Source: Deltaproteobacteria bacterium
GTDB taxonomy: Bacteria > Desulfobacterota > Desulfobaccia > Desulfobaccales > 0-14-0-80-60-11
NCBI GenBank assembly: GCA_016208235.1
Contig: JACQYN010000014.1
Location: 203-64,202, forward strand
Direction: 5' to 3'
Length of the DNA stretch: 64,000 nucleotides
Below, one piece after another: positions 26,867 through 35,675 of this stretch. The notes beneath the pieces were generated by a model. It saw only the letters and a list, made by a program, of their open reading frames with translations, did no database searches and had not been told where the DNA came from. Within the stretch, counting starts at the first letter, position 1, and each line of letters begins with the position of its first letter. The position numbers were made by a program, and so were the translations under genes.

Positions 26867-27601
26867 CTACTTGCCCTGCTTTTTCCGCAGGGCCCGGGTT
26901 CCGGTTTTCCAGGCCGGTTCATCCCGCTTTTGCCCCCGTTCCGGTTTCCCGGTGATCATCTGCGGCAAATCCAGCATGAACGTGCCGGGGGTGGGCGGAG
27001 CCTTGGGTTTGGGCGCGGCCTTGGGCAGGGGCACTTCTTTGGGGGGGCCGGGCATCGTCAAGAATTCCCGGGGAATTGCGGCGGCTGCCAGGTATAATTC
27101 CTCGCCGTAAGCCTGGAAGGCCGTGCCCCCCCGGGCTGCGGCCTGGGCCGCCACGGTCACCGGGACCGGATCGTTGGCCCGGCGCTTTCCCAGACGCCGG
27201 GCCATTTCCGGCCTCCGGGCCAGGACCAGCTCCCGGCCGAGTGGGGGCTTAAGGCCTTGCTCCCAGACCAGGGTGTGGACTTTGGGGAAAATAGCCAGAT
27301 ACAGGGAGGAGGGCAGGGGCCCGTCCGGGTCCCGGCGCAGTTCGGGGGGCGCGGGGTTCAGACTGCGGACGCTTTCTCCGGCAACTTCCAGAACGGGCGG
27401 GGAAGTCAGGGCCGCCAGGCGCTCCAGGTCTTCCCGGCGCACCCGGGTAAATCCGGGTTCTTCATGGAGGGCCTGGAGAATCTGTTTGACCGGAATCCAG
27501 CCCCCTTCTTCCAGCACCAGGCCGAACTCATCAGGGCGGCGGCCCAACATGTAGGCCAGCATCCGGGCCAGGGTCTCCAGTTCCCGGGGCAGATGGGACA
27601 T
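26867..27601 (-). CDS. Tpt1/KptA-like (RNA 2'-phosphotransferase fold) protein with divergent active-site positions and a basic P/K-rich tail
   Basis: By-eye colinearity with E. coli KptA: LARMLAYMLGRRPDEFGLVLEEGGWIPVKQIL matches [28 protein letters not shown]. See the corresponding finding for the substituted catalytic positions. Confidence 0.5.
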   Translation of the reverse strand: MSHLPRELETLARMLAYMLGRRPDEFGLVLEEGGWIPVKQILQALHEEPGFTRVRREDLERLAALTSPPVLEVAGESVRSLNPAPPELRRDPDGPLPSSLYLAIFPKVHTLVWEQGLKPPLGRELVLARRPEMARRLGKRRANDPVPVTVAAQAAARGGTAFQAYGEELYLAAAAIPREFLTMPGPPKEVPLPKAAPKPKAPPTPGTFMLDLPQMITGKPERGQKRDEPAWKTGTRALRKKQGK

Positions 27602-27646
27602 AATGTTCTCCGGTGGATTGGCTTTGTGGGAGGAGGGACCAGGAGA

Positions 27647-27738
27647 CCAGTGAGCGGTGAGCAGTTAGCAGTGAGCAGCAAAAAGAAGAACTATCGAGCC
27701 AACACTTTTTTAACTGCTTACTGCTTACAGCTCACACC
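27647..27738. repeat. (GTGAGCA)n inverted arms
   Basis: ACCAGTGAGCGGTGAGCAGTTAGCAGTGAGCAGC (27647-27680) against TAACTGCTTACTGCTTACAGCTCACACC (27711-27738). Confidence 0.85.
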
Positions 27739-27788
27739 GGTTGCCCTCCCGCCCACATCACCCTAGGTTTCTTTTTACCAGACGTCGA

Positions 27789-27816
27789 TTGACAAGGCAA
27801 TTAAACATGATAATAT
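27789..27816 (+). promoter_or_regulatory. sigma70-like promoter candidate
   Basis: TTGACA (27789-27794), a 16-nt spacer, then TAATAT (27811-27816), about 18 nt upstream of the ATG at 27834. Confidence 0.45.
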
Positions 27817-27833
27817 TTTAAGGTTAAAGGATT

Positions 27834-28370
27834 ATGGGCCGCTCTCTTTTTCTCCAGCATCATAAGGAACTTCTCCGGGACGCGACGGTCATCGCCGAGG
27901 AGATGACCTCCGACTTTTTTAAGCTGACGCCCAACTGCTGGCGCCGGGCCCGTTACGACATTCTTACCCTGGAGGGCCTGGAGCAGGAGGAGATCTCCTC
28001 CCACGCCCTGGCCCTGGTGGCCAAATATCACGGCTGCCATCGGGATCGGGTCTTGAAGTCCGCGGTCTTTGATTTCTACCGCATCTGTCTTCAGGACCAC
28101 AATATCCTCAAGGCCCTGGACTCGTGCCCGGACCTCAGTCTGCTCCCGTTGCTCCTTTATATTTTAACCCACGAATTGGTGCACGTGGTGCGCTTCAGCC
28201 GGTTCCAGGCTCTGTTCGAAGCCCCGGAGGAGCAGAAAAGAGAGGAAGAGAAACGGGTACACCTGTTGACCCAAAAAATCCTGACTCCCCTCAATTCCCG
28301 GGAAGTTCCCCGGGTAATTCGCTATTATGAAGACAATTGGCAAGGAGGTTGGCAGTATGCCCATCTATGA
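27834..28370 (+). CDS. hypothetical protein with HExxH motif
   Basis: 178 aa with [11 protein letters not shown] as the only recognisable motif. The 3' end overlaps the next gene by 14 nt. Confidence 0.5.
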   Translation: MGRSLFLQHHKELLRDATVIAEEMTSDFFKLTPNCWRRARYDILTLEGLEQEEISSHALALVAKYHGCHRDRVLKSAVFDFYRICLQDHNILKALDSCPDLSLLPLLLYILTHELVHVVRFSRFQALFEAPEEQKREEEKRVHLLTQKILTPLNSREVPRVIRYYEDNWQGGWQYAHL

Positions 28371-28641
28371 GTATCAATGCGCCGCTTGCGGGCAGGTTAT
28401 GGAGAAATGGCAGAAATTCTCCGAAGCGCCCCTGACGGTTTGCCCCCAATGCGGCGGCGGTCTCGAAAAAATTATCAGCTCCTGCTCTTTCCATCTCAAG
28501 GGCGGCGGCTGGTACGTCAGTGATTACGGCGGCAAGTGCCAAAGCCCTGGCAATTCTGAAGCACCTAAGGAGACCACCGAGTCCACCGCCGCCAAGGAAA
28601 GCGAAAAGACCGAGGCCACTCCTCCCCCCAAATTCAAGTGA
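28357..28641 (+). CDS. FmdB-family zinc-ribbon protein
   Basis: [12 protein letters not shown]...CPQCGG, with AAGGAGG 9 nt upstream of the ATG at 28357. Confidence 0.8.
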   Translation: MPIYEYQCAACGQVMEKWQKFSEAPLTVCPQCGGGLEKIISSCSFHLKGGGWYVSDYGGKCQSPGNSEAPKETTESTAAKESEKTEATPPPKFK

Positions 28642-28686
28642 AAGACCTGCTGAGACTCCCCGGGTGGGAGAGAAAGGAAGCATACG

Positions 28687-29265
28687 TTGGCGGAAATTAA
28701 GAGCGCCCTGGAACTGGCCCTGGAAAAAGCGGAGCAGTATGGCCGGGCTACTAAAGAGGAACTGACCCGGGGCCAATTTCGGGACCAGGGCCGCCAATTG
28801 GCGGTCAATTTTCTGAAAGACGGCGGCGACCTGGAGGCCGAGATCTCGAGCCTTCCGGCCCCGGCTCAAGAGGAAGCCCGGGCGGCCATCAAGGAAGTGC
28901 TGCTCAGGAACATTACGCTGCCCCGGAACGGGGAACTGGAACCCCGCAGGGCCCAGGCGCTGGAGGGCTTGATGCTGGTGGCCCGGGATAAGAAGGCCAT
29001 GGCCCGGCAGAAGGCGGAGCTGGAGCAGCTTCTCCAAAACTTCCTGCAGGTGCGAAACAACGTCCTGCAGCAGCTTAAGGCCAGGTTCGGCGCGGGCATC
29101 GACCAGATGCAGCGGGCCCTGGAAGCGCAGATGCGCCAGAGGGTGAAGGTGGAGGTGGAACACCTGCCCCAATTCCAGGAGGAATGGCGGCGGTTCCAGG
29201 GGCAGCTCTTCGATCAGTTTGAGCCCATGCTGGAGGCCTGCAAGGAAAAGATGCTGAGCCTATAA
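28687..29265 (+). CDS. hypothetical alpha-helical/coiled-coil protein
   Basis: 192-aa ORF with a TTG start, a coding-like composition, and an intrinsic terminator downstream. Confidence 0.5.
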   Translation: MAEIKSALELALEKAEQYGRATKEELTRGQFRDQGRQLAVNFLKDGGDLEAEISSLPAPAQEEARAAIKEVLLRNITLPRNGELEPRRAQALEGLMLVARDKKAMARQKAELEQLLQNFLQVRNNVLQQLKARFGAGIDQMQRALEAQMRQRVKVEVEHLPQFQEEWRRFQGQLFDQFEPMLEACKEKMLSL

Positions 29266-29266
29266 G

Positions 29267-29437
29267 ACGGTTTTCAGTTTTAAGTTTTCAGTTTTCGGTA
29301 AATTTTAAGAATAAGAGGCGACCCCACGGGTCGCCTTTTATCATTTTAGGGTTTAGAGATTTAGTAAAGACAGAGATAGTCTGATTAACAGGCTCTTTTT
29401 TTTACGAAAAACGGAAAACAGAAAACAGAAAACTGCC
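29267..29437. repeat. (GTTTTCN)n / (GAAAACN)n inverted arms enclosing a terminator hairpin
   Basis: GACGGTTTTCAGTTTTAAGTTTTCAGTTTTCGGTA (29267-29300) against ACGAAAAACGGAAAACAGAAAACAGAAAACTGCC (29404-29437). Confidence 0.88.
29316..29347 (+). terminator. intrinsic terminator
   Basis: AGGCGACC-CCACG-GGTCGCCT followed by TTTTATCATTTT, about 50 nt after the stop at 29265. Confidence 0.65.
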
Positions 29438-30187
29438 TCACTCTAACCGGCACAGGCGTCTAAAATTGTCCCCCAAAATGGCCCGGACTTCGGCCTCCGG
29501 CAGGCCCAGACCCAGGATTTTCGCCAGTTCCGTATCCGGGCGGCTGAAGGGGTAATCGCTGCCGAACATGAGGCGCTCGCTGCCGTAGCGGCGCAGAAAA
29601 TCCTGGATTTCCGGCAGCCCGGCCACGGCCATGTCCGCCCAGACCAGGTCCCGGCCCCAGACCCCGGCCGCGTCCAGGGCCCGGTAGCCGCCGCTCAGGG
29701 CCCCCAGGTGGGGGATGATCACCGGCAGGTCCGGAGCAAGTTTATCCAGGAAGAACAGGGTGTTTTCCAGAGATTCCTCCAGGAGAATAGGCAAGCCCCG
29801 GTCCCGCACCTTATCCAGGAACTCCCGGCACCGGGGGGAGTGATAATCATACTTAGGCTCATCGGGGTGGCGGTGCCATTTGATGGCCACGTACTCCGGT
29901 CCCAAATCCTCCCAGGCAAAGTCGTTCCACACGAAAAAATAAGGAAATATTTGGATTTCCGGGTCATTAAGGTCCAGCAGATACCGGTGGGCCCGGCGGC
30001 GGCAGTCCTGCCAGGCCGGGGTGTCGGTAAATGTCGGGTCGTAGCGGTCATAAACGTCCTCCACCGGGGGGATGGCCCCGGCCCCGGTGATGCCCGCGGC
30101 CAAAAGCAGGGGCCGGATATCCTCCCACCGCCAGGAGACTTTCTGTATTCCGCTATGGAGATGGCAATCGATGATTAGCGAAGGCAT
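29438..30187 (-). CDS. amidohydrolase-family (TIM-barrel metal-dependent hydrolase) protein
   Basis: N-terminal IIDCHLH and C-terminal MFGSDYPF motifs. Confidence 0.75.
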   Translation of the reverse strand: MPSLIIDCHLHSGIQKVSWRWEDIRPLLLAAGITGAGAIPPVEDVYDRYDPTFTDTPAWQDCRRRAHRYLLDLNDPEIQIFPYFFVWNDFAWEDLGPEYVAIKWHRHPDEPKYDYHSPRCREFLDKVRDRGLPILLEESLENTLFFLDKLAPDLPVIIPHLGALSGGYRALDAAGVWGRDLVWADMAVAGLPEIQDFLRRYGSERLMFGSDYPFSRPDTELAKILGLGLPEAEVRAILGDNFRRLCRLE

Positions 30188-30194
30188 GACCCGA

Positions 30195-32438
30195 TCAAGC
30201 TATGGCTTCATGAAACTGTTTTTCCTGCTCGACCTCTCGGGGTCTGGTGAGCATAGAGAGAAAATAAAGTCCCGCTACCATCAAGAGCAGGGCCTTGATG
30301 CCGGTCACAAAAGTAACGGACTGCAGGAGCGCGCCTACCAGGGCGCCGATAAGATTGGCTCCCAAAGCCTTGTCTTTGCCTGACACCGCGGCAAAGGAGC
30401 GGATGAAAACAATGCCGCTGAAGAGCATAGGCAAGGTGGTCAGGCCGCCGACTGCTATCACTTTGCTGGCGTAGGGCAGAAATGCGAACCGGGAGAGATC
30501 TATAAAATAGAGGAGCAGGCAGATGCCGCAAAGGACCGAATACACCATTCCGAGGGGAATCCGGGGGAATTTGTGGGCGATCAGGTTGGCCAATAAAATC
30601 ATGGCCAGGACCCCGGAGACAATGACCGCGTTGACATCCCAGGTGTTGCCAAAGACCACCGCAGCCTTGCTGATATTCTGCACTTCGAGGAGCAGAAACG
30701 CCGCGCCCAAAAAGAAAAAATGCCAATCGGATTGGTTCCAGCCTTTGATCACTCCCCCTATCTTCAGCTTCCATCGGCAGTGCAGGAAGAGCAAGACCAT
30801 CAATCCCGCCAGAAGATAATAGAGTATAGGAATATTAGGGGTCATCAGATAGATGTAAGGCCAGTCATCGGCGGCAACCTTGGTGGTATAGGTTAGTGGC
30901 ACCGGGTAGTTTTTTTGCCATCGGCTGATTATGTCGTTTAACTTGGGGTCTTTTAAGATCTGCTTTTGGGCTGCCTCCAGATCCCCAGCCACAAACATGG
31001 TGCCTCCCCAACCGTAATTAGTGCCGGGAATACGGAAAGTTAAGGGCTTTGCCCCAAAGACCTCACGCAGAACCCGGGCCATACGGTCGGCAATAAAAGG
31101 TTTTTGGGCCTCGAAACTCAGCACCATGATACCGCCTGCCCCCAGCAGAGATTTGGCTCGAGTTATGCTTTCCCGGGTATAAACGTAATGATCCAACCTG
31201 GCGTTGGTCATGGCGGTGGTAGTGTGAGAGTCCAAAAGACCGAAGGAAATAACGTCATATTTCTCCGTGGAAGTGGCGAAAAAAGACCGGGCGTCGTCAT
31301 TGATCATTTTCAGGGCGTTAGAAGAATACGGTCTTTCCGGGTGATAGCGCTGCCCCAAGCGAATAATCGCGGGGTCGATTTCCACTGCTTGGATCTCTTT
31401 GACCCCGTGGCGCAGCCCACCGGAGGCATCATTGCCGGAACCTGCCCCGACAATCAACATTTTTTGGGGATGGGGATGGAGCAGCACCGGGATGTCGTAT
31501 TGACTGTAGCCGTTCATCTCCTGGGGAAAAAGTTGGGGATTCGCCCGGATATGAGCGGGGCTCAGATTGAGCATGGCTTGGTACCCGGTATTATTCACGG
31601 TCACCAAGTATTTCCCCACTGGGCCCTCTCCGGGTGCTGATTCGGTGACCACCAGCTTTTGGTAAGGTGACCAAACCACCTCCAGAGCCCCCCATTCCTG
31701 TCCGGCAAACCAGGCCAGAATAACGATCCCGACCATCATCATCAGGCTCACCAGCCGATCCCGGCCAACTTTGGGAAGAAAAAACAGGGCTAATCCGCCA
31801 AAAACCAAGAACCAACTCACCGGCGGTTGATAGCAAAAGCTAAGGAGCACAAAAATCCAGGTACCCACCAGGCTTCCGGCCACATTGACTGAGTAAGCCC
31901 AGATGGTATGAGGGTGGTCGTCCATCAAGCGGCCCAGGATGCGCCCAATGGGGATAAAAATGTCCAGGATTAAAACCATGAGGAGATAAGTAAGGCCCAG
32001 ACCCAAAAATAAATCTAATATCGTCTGCCCCACACTGGTTCTGAAGGCAGAATCCCATATCACCAAATCCCCCAAGATGCTCAGCTTGGAACTGATCTGG
32101 ATAAAAATCTGTTTGGTTATCGGCACGGCCAGTAGGAAAACCAGGATCAGCAAGGGCAGCAACATTTGCCGCAGTTTGATGGGCTGGCGGGAGGTAAAAC
32201 AACCAAGGCCCAATCCCAAAAAACAAACGACCAGGATGGTGTTCTGCAGGTACGCGAAGATACGGACCTCGGTGCCGATCCAGCGAATCAACAGCATCTC
32301 CAAAAAAAGCCCCAAGACACTGATCAGAAAAATGGCCCAGGTTTGGTTAACAGGACCCAGATCATCGGCACGATCGACTTGTGAGCCAGGATGCTCCATT
32401 TCCCCTCCGAGAGCTGATGGCGGTAATAGCCTTCTCAA
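30195..32438 (-). CDS. polytopic membrane protein with a central spermidine-synthase-like AdoMet-fold domain
   Basis: TM blocks at both ends flank a central LIVGAGSGNDASGGLRHGVKEIQAVEIDPAIIRLGQRY...YDVISFGLLDS. GC looks lower than its neighbours. Confidence 0.7.
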   Translation of the reverse strand: MRRLLPPSALGGEMEHPGSQVDRADDLGPVNQTWAIFLISVLGLFLEMLLIRWIGTEVRIFAYLQNTILVVCFLGLGLGCFTSRQPIKLRQMLLPLLILVFLLAVPITKQIFIQISSKLSILGDLVIWDSAFRTSVGQTILDLFLGLGLTYLLMVLILDIFIPIGRILGRLMDDHPHTIWAYSVNVAGSLVGTWIFVLLSFCYQPPVSWFLVFGGLALFFLPKVGRDRLVSLMMMVGIVILAWFAGQEWGALEVVWSPYQKLVVTESAPGEGPVGKYLVTVNNTGYQAMLNLSPAHIRANPQLFPQEMNGYSQYDIPVLLHPHPQKMLIVGAGSGNDASGGLRHGVKEIQAVEIDPAIIRLGQRYHPERPYSSNALKMINDDARSFFATSTEKYDVISFGLLDSHTTTAMTNARLDHYVYTRESITRAKSLLGAGGIMVLSFEAQKPFIADRMARVLREVFGAKPLTFRIPGTNYGWGGTMFVAGDLEAAQKQILKDPKLNDIISRWQKNYPVPLTYTTKVAADDWPYIYLMTPNIPILYYLLAGLMVLLFLHCRWKLKIGGVIKGWNQSDWHFFFLGAAFLLLEVQNISKAAVVFGNTWDVNAVIVSGVLAMILLANLIAHKFPRIPLGMVYSVLCGICLLLYFIDLSRFAFLPYASKVIAVGGLTTLPMLFSGIVFIRSFAAVSGKDKALGANLIGALVGALLQSVTFVTGIKALLLMVAGLYFLSMLTRPREVEQEKQFHEAIA

Positions 32439-32670
32439 CGGGGCAAGTTAAACCTATTTCTCCTAAAAGACCAGCCAATTTCCTATCATGCCAATTTCTT
32501 AATTATTTATTATGGATTAAGAATGGTCTTGGCCGTGGCCGGTCAAAGATCCGGATCTGGACCTTGACCAGGGATGGTCTCGGGAAACCTGCGGAACGCA
32601 GATAAGCTGGCCAATGCGCAGCTAACAGGGGAAAATGCCCAAAAAAGGAGATCCCGGGAGACGCCGCCCT

Positions 32671-33012
32671 TTAGCAGGTCAAATGCAAAGCTGCAGCCCA
32701 GCGGCGGTTTTCCGGCATCTGGTTGATGACCAGGCAGGCCTCCCGGGTGGGTTTGGCCACTAATTCGATCCCCTTATCCTGCAAGTAAACGGCCAATTCC
32801 CGGTCCACTTCCATCCGCCCGTATGCGCCCGCGCCGACCACCAGGACCTGGGGGTCCCCGGCCAAGGCTTCGAAGACATCAGGGATTTGCAACAGGTGGC
32901 CCTCTGCCCGCCACCAATCGCTTTTAATGTGCCCCGGCCAAATCAGCAGGTCCTGGCGATATGTCTTCCCGTCGATGACGATCTGCCCGAATTCATAGCT
33001 GTCGATCCGCAT
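32671..33012 (-). CDS. Mth938-like (DUF498) domain protein
   Basis: 113 aa with FGQIVIDGKTYRQDLLIWP...VLVVGAGAYGRMEV...GIELVAKPTREACLVIN. Confidence 0.65.
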   Translation of the reverse strand: MRIDSYEFGQIVIDGKTYRQDLLIWPGHIKSDWWRAEGHLLQIPDVFEALAGDPQVLVVGAGAYGRMEVDRELAVYLQDKGIELVAKPTREACLVINQMPENRRWAAALHLTC

Positions 33013-33020
33013 ACTTTTTC

Positions 33021-33550
33021 CTAACGCCCCCTCCTTCCTCCCCCCCGATAGGGGTCAAAATAGGGCGGAGTGAACCAGTATTTCAGGTTCGGGTCGTGAT
33101 CGTACCACTCCGGGGGTACGGGATAGTACCACTTTTCCCAGACTGGGGGCGCGTTAAACACCACTTCCCGGGCCTTAAGCACCAGGAAGCCGTTCCCGCG
33201 GCCCTTCATTTCTCCCGCTACTTTTACCGTGCTCTTTGGCTGATAAGTATTGGGGTTGAGCCACTGGTCGCTCTCCACCACGAAGGTGCCCCCGGATGGC
33301 GATCCTTTAGGATTTCCAAGATTCGCCAGCTCTTGCTGGTTGACGGTCATCAGGCTCCCCTGGCCCAGGGGCTGCACGCTCATCACCTCCCCCCCAGGAT
33401 CACCAACCGGCCCTGGTATTGCTCGGGATGGGCGCTGAGCGCGGCGAAATCCACCGGCGGCCCGGCCTGTTGCTGGAGGCTGGGGGAAATCCCCGTCGCG
33501 CAACCGGTCAGAATAGCCAATATCAAAACCAAAAGCCATTGCGGCTTCAT
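33021..33550 (-). pseudogene. Slp-family outer-membrane lipoprotein, frameshifted at a homopolymer
   Basis: Lipobox MKPQWLLVLILAILTGCA...QYQGRLVILGGR* (ORF 33383..33664, ATG 33550) continues in another frame as EVMSVQPLGQGS... (ORF 33021..33539). The junction is a C7 run at 33389-33395. Confidence 0.65.
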
Positions 33551-33741
33551 TTTTATTCTCCTTTGAACTTGGCCTGGCCCAGTGGCCGCTAGGCCGGGAT
33601 TGACCAGGATAGGTGCTCTTTGCGCCCCTGGGACTTTGGCCTCTCTCTCCGTTACTCTGTCCAATAAGATAATAATCGCTTGATCCGTGGCAAGAGGTGC
33701 GTTGAGTTTGCCGGAGCCGCGGTTTATGCTACATTGTGACT

Positions 33742-34515
33742 ATGGAGAAGAAAAAGCGCCGCACTGCGGCCACCCGGGTGCGCCTGGAGAAGGTGGCGGT
33801 GGTTCTTTTCCGGCCCCGGCTGCCGGAAAACATCGGCGCGGTGGCCCGGGCCGCTTGCAACATGGGGCTCAGCCGCCTGGTGGTGGTGCAGCCCCAGGAC
33901 CTGGACCGCCAGCGCCTAGCCATGATGGCCACCGGCGCGGCCGGGCACCTCCTGGACCGGATGGAGGTCCATGACGACCTGGCCGCGGCCTTGGCCCCTT
34001 TCCCTTACATCGTGGGCACTACCGCCCGGGTGGGCGGGGTGCGCCTGGAATACGCCACCCCCCGGGAGATGGCGGCCCGGCTGGTGGATGTCTCCCAACA
34101 CAACGAGGTGGCCCTCCTCTTCGGCCCGGAGAACTTCGGCCTCACCAACGAGGAACTCCCCTTCTGCCACGCCCTGGTCCACATCCCCACCGCCGAGTGC
34201 TCGTCTTTGAACCTGGCCCAGGCAGTGATGGTGCTGGCCTACGAGATTTTCACCGCCGCGAGTGATAAGACCCGGTTCGTGCCCCGGCTGGCCAACTCCC
34301 GGGAGCTGGAATCCATGTACGCCATGCTCCAGGAGACCCTGGTGCGGATCAACTTCATCTCCCACCAAAATCCGGAACACTGGATGTTCAACGTCCGCCG
34401 GCTCTTTGCCCACCACGGCCTCCGGGCCCGGGAGGCCCAGGTCATCAAAGGCATCTGTAGGCAGATAGATTGGTATGCGGGGAAGAGGCTGGAGGGGAAG
34501 GAAGGTAAGAAGTGA
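33742..34515 (+). CDS. SpoU/TrmH-family RNA 2'-O-methyltransferase (TrmJ-like)
   Basis: VVLFRPRLPENIGAVARAACNMGL...LLFGPENFGLTNEEL...IPTAECSSLNLAQAV. Confidence 0.8.
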   Translation: MEKKKRRTAATRVRLEKVAVVLFRPRLPENIGAVARAACNMGLSRLVVVQPQDLDRQRLAMMATGAAGHLLDRMEVHDDLAAALAPFPYIVGTTARVGGVRLEYATPREMAARLVDVSQHNEVALLFGPENFGLTNEELPFCHALVHIPTAECSSLNLAQAVMVLAYEIFTAASDKTRFVPRLANSRELESMYAMLQETLVRINFISHQNPEHWMFNVRRLFAHHGLRAREAQVIKGICRQIDWYAGKRLEGKEGKK

Positions 34516-34536
34516 TTTGGGGGAGAGGGATAAAAG

Positions 34537-34640
34537 AAGTGGTCAGTTGTCAGTGGCCAGTGGCCAGTATGGGCATCCAAGACTCTTGATTCAAAACTGA
34601 CCACTGACCACTGGTTACTGATCACTGGCCATTGTCAACT
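34537..34640. repeat. (CAGTGGY)n inverted arms
   Basis: AAGTGGTCAGTTGTCAGTGGCCAGTGGCCAGTAT against ACTGACCACTGACCACTGGTTACTGATCACTGGCCATTGTCAACT. Confidence 0.88.
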
Positions 34641-34666
34641 TGCTCCCTGGCCTTCCCTCCACATAC

Positions 34667-35503
34667 TTATGGCTTATAATACATCAACCTCTGGGCCAAC
34701 GGGGCCACTGCCTCTTCGAGGGTTTTTTGTTCATCCGGGGTCATGGTTACAAAATTTTCCGCGGCATGGGCCAGGGCCTTGACGTGTCCCGGGGTGTCGC
34801 AGCCGATGACCACCAGGCTTACGGGCTGGCTCAGGGCGTAGGCCACCAGCTCGAAGGTCAATTTCCCCGGCTCTTCCGCCATCCGGGGGAGAAGCCCCCG
34901 GCAAAGCACTTTCATGCCGATGACCCCCAGGCCCCGGGCCTGGGCCTCCGCGGCTAAAGGCAGAAAAGAGCGATCGTGGGGCTCTGCGGGGTTGACCGGC
35001 AGCAATACCGTGTCGAAATTATAGAGGTCCAGGGCCCGGCGTAGCACTTCCGGGTCGTGGTGGCCGGTGACCCCAACGAAGCGGGTCCAGCCCTTTTCCT
35101 TAGCTTCCCGAAATGCCTCCAAGGCCCCGCCGGGCGCGGTGATGGCCTCCAGGTCCGCCTCGGTGCGCACGTCGTGGATCTGCCACAGGTCCAGGTGGTC
35201 GGTGTCCAGGTTTTTCAGGGTGATGGACAGATGGCTCATGGCCTCTTTATAGGTGCGGCCATGGGATTTGCTGGTCAAAAAAATTTGGTCCCGATGGCCC
35301 TTCAATCCTTTGCCTAGATAGGCCTCGCTCCCCGAATAAGCCCGGGCCGATTCGAAATACCCGATGCCCGCGGCCAGCGCCGCCTCGATGACCGCCTGGG
35401 CTCCTTTCTCCTCCCCATAAGTGCGTAGTATCCCTTCGCCGCCCAGCCCCAGGATGGTGGCCTGATGCCCGGTACGGCCCAGGGGCCGTTGGGAAATGGT
35501 CAT
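34667..35503 (-). CDS. aldo/keto reductase
   Basis: ATG at 35503 follows AGGAGG. RPLGRTGHQATILGLGGEG... has AKR-like length and motifs. Confidence 0.85.
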   Translation of the reverse strand: MTISQRPLGRTGHQATILGLGGEGILRTYGEEKGAQAVIEAALAAGIGYFESARAYSGSEAYLGKGLKGHRDQIFLTSKSHGRTYKEAMSHLSITLKNLDTDHLDLWQIHDVRTEADLEAITAPGGALEAFREAKEKGWTRFVGVTGHHDPEVLRRALDLYNFDTVLLPVNPAEPHDRSFLPLAAEAQARGLGVIGMKVLCRGLLPRMAEEPGKLTFELVAYALSQPVSLVVIGCDTPGHVKALAHAAENFVTMTPDEQKTLEEAVAPLAQRLMYYKP

Positions 35504-35522
35504 GGATGCCTCCTGAAAAATT

Positions 35523-35627
35523 AACCACAGAGGCACAGAGGTCACAAAGGTTCACCAAGAAAATCAATGTATGGCGCGCTTTACGCACCATACATTCCTT
35601 TGTGCTCTTTGTGTCTTTGTGGTGAAA
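35523..35627. repeat. nested palindromic element, CACAAAG/CACAGAG-arm family
   Basis: AACCACAGAGGCACAGAGGTCACAAAGGTTCACCAAG ... core ATGTATGGCGCGCTTTACGCACCATACAT ... CCTTTGTGCTCTTTGTGTCTTTGTGGTG. Confidence 0.88.
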
Positions 35628-35675
35628 TTTTGCCAGCCTTGACAGGCGGGAGCCGCCTGTTATTCTAATGATAAG

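Noticed and set aside
28291-29172. 293-aa minus-strand ORF
   Set aside because: It is antisense to three short plus-strand genes that have RBSs, a promoter and a terminator. It has no start context.
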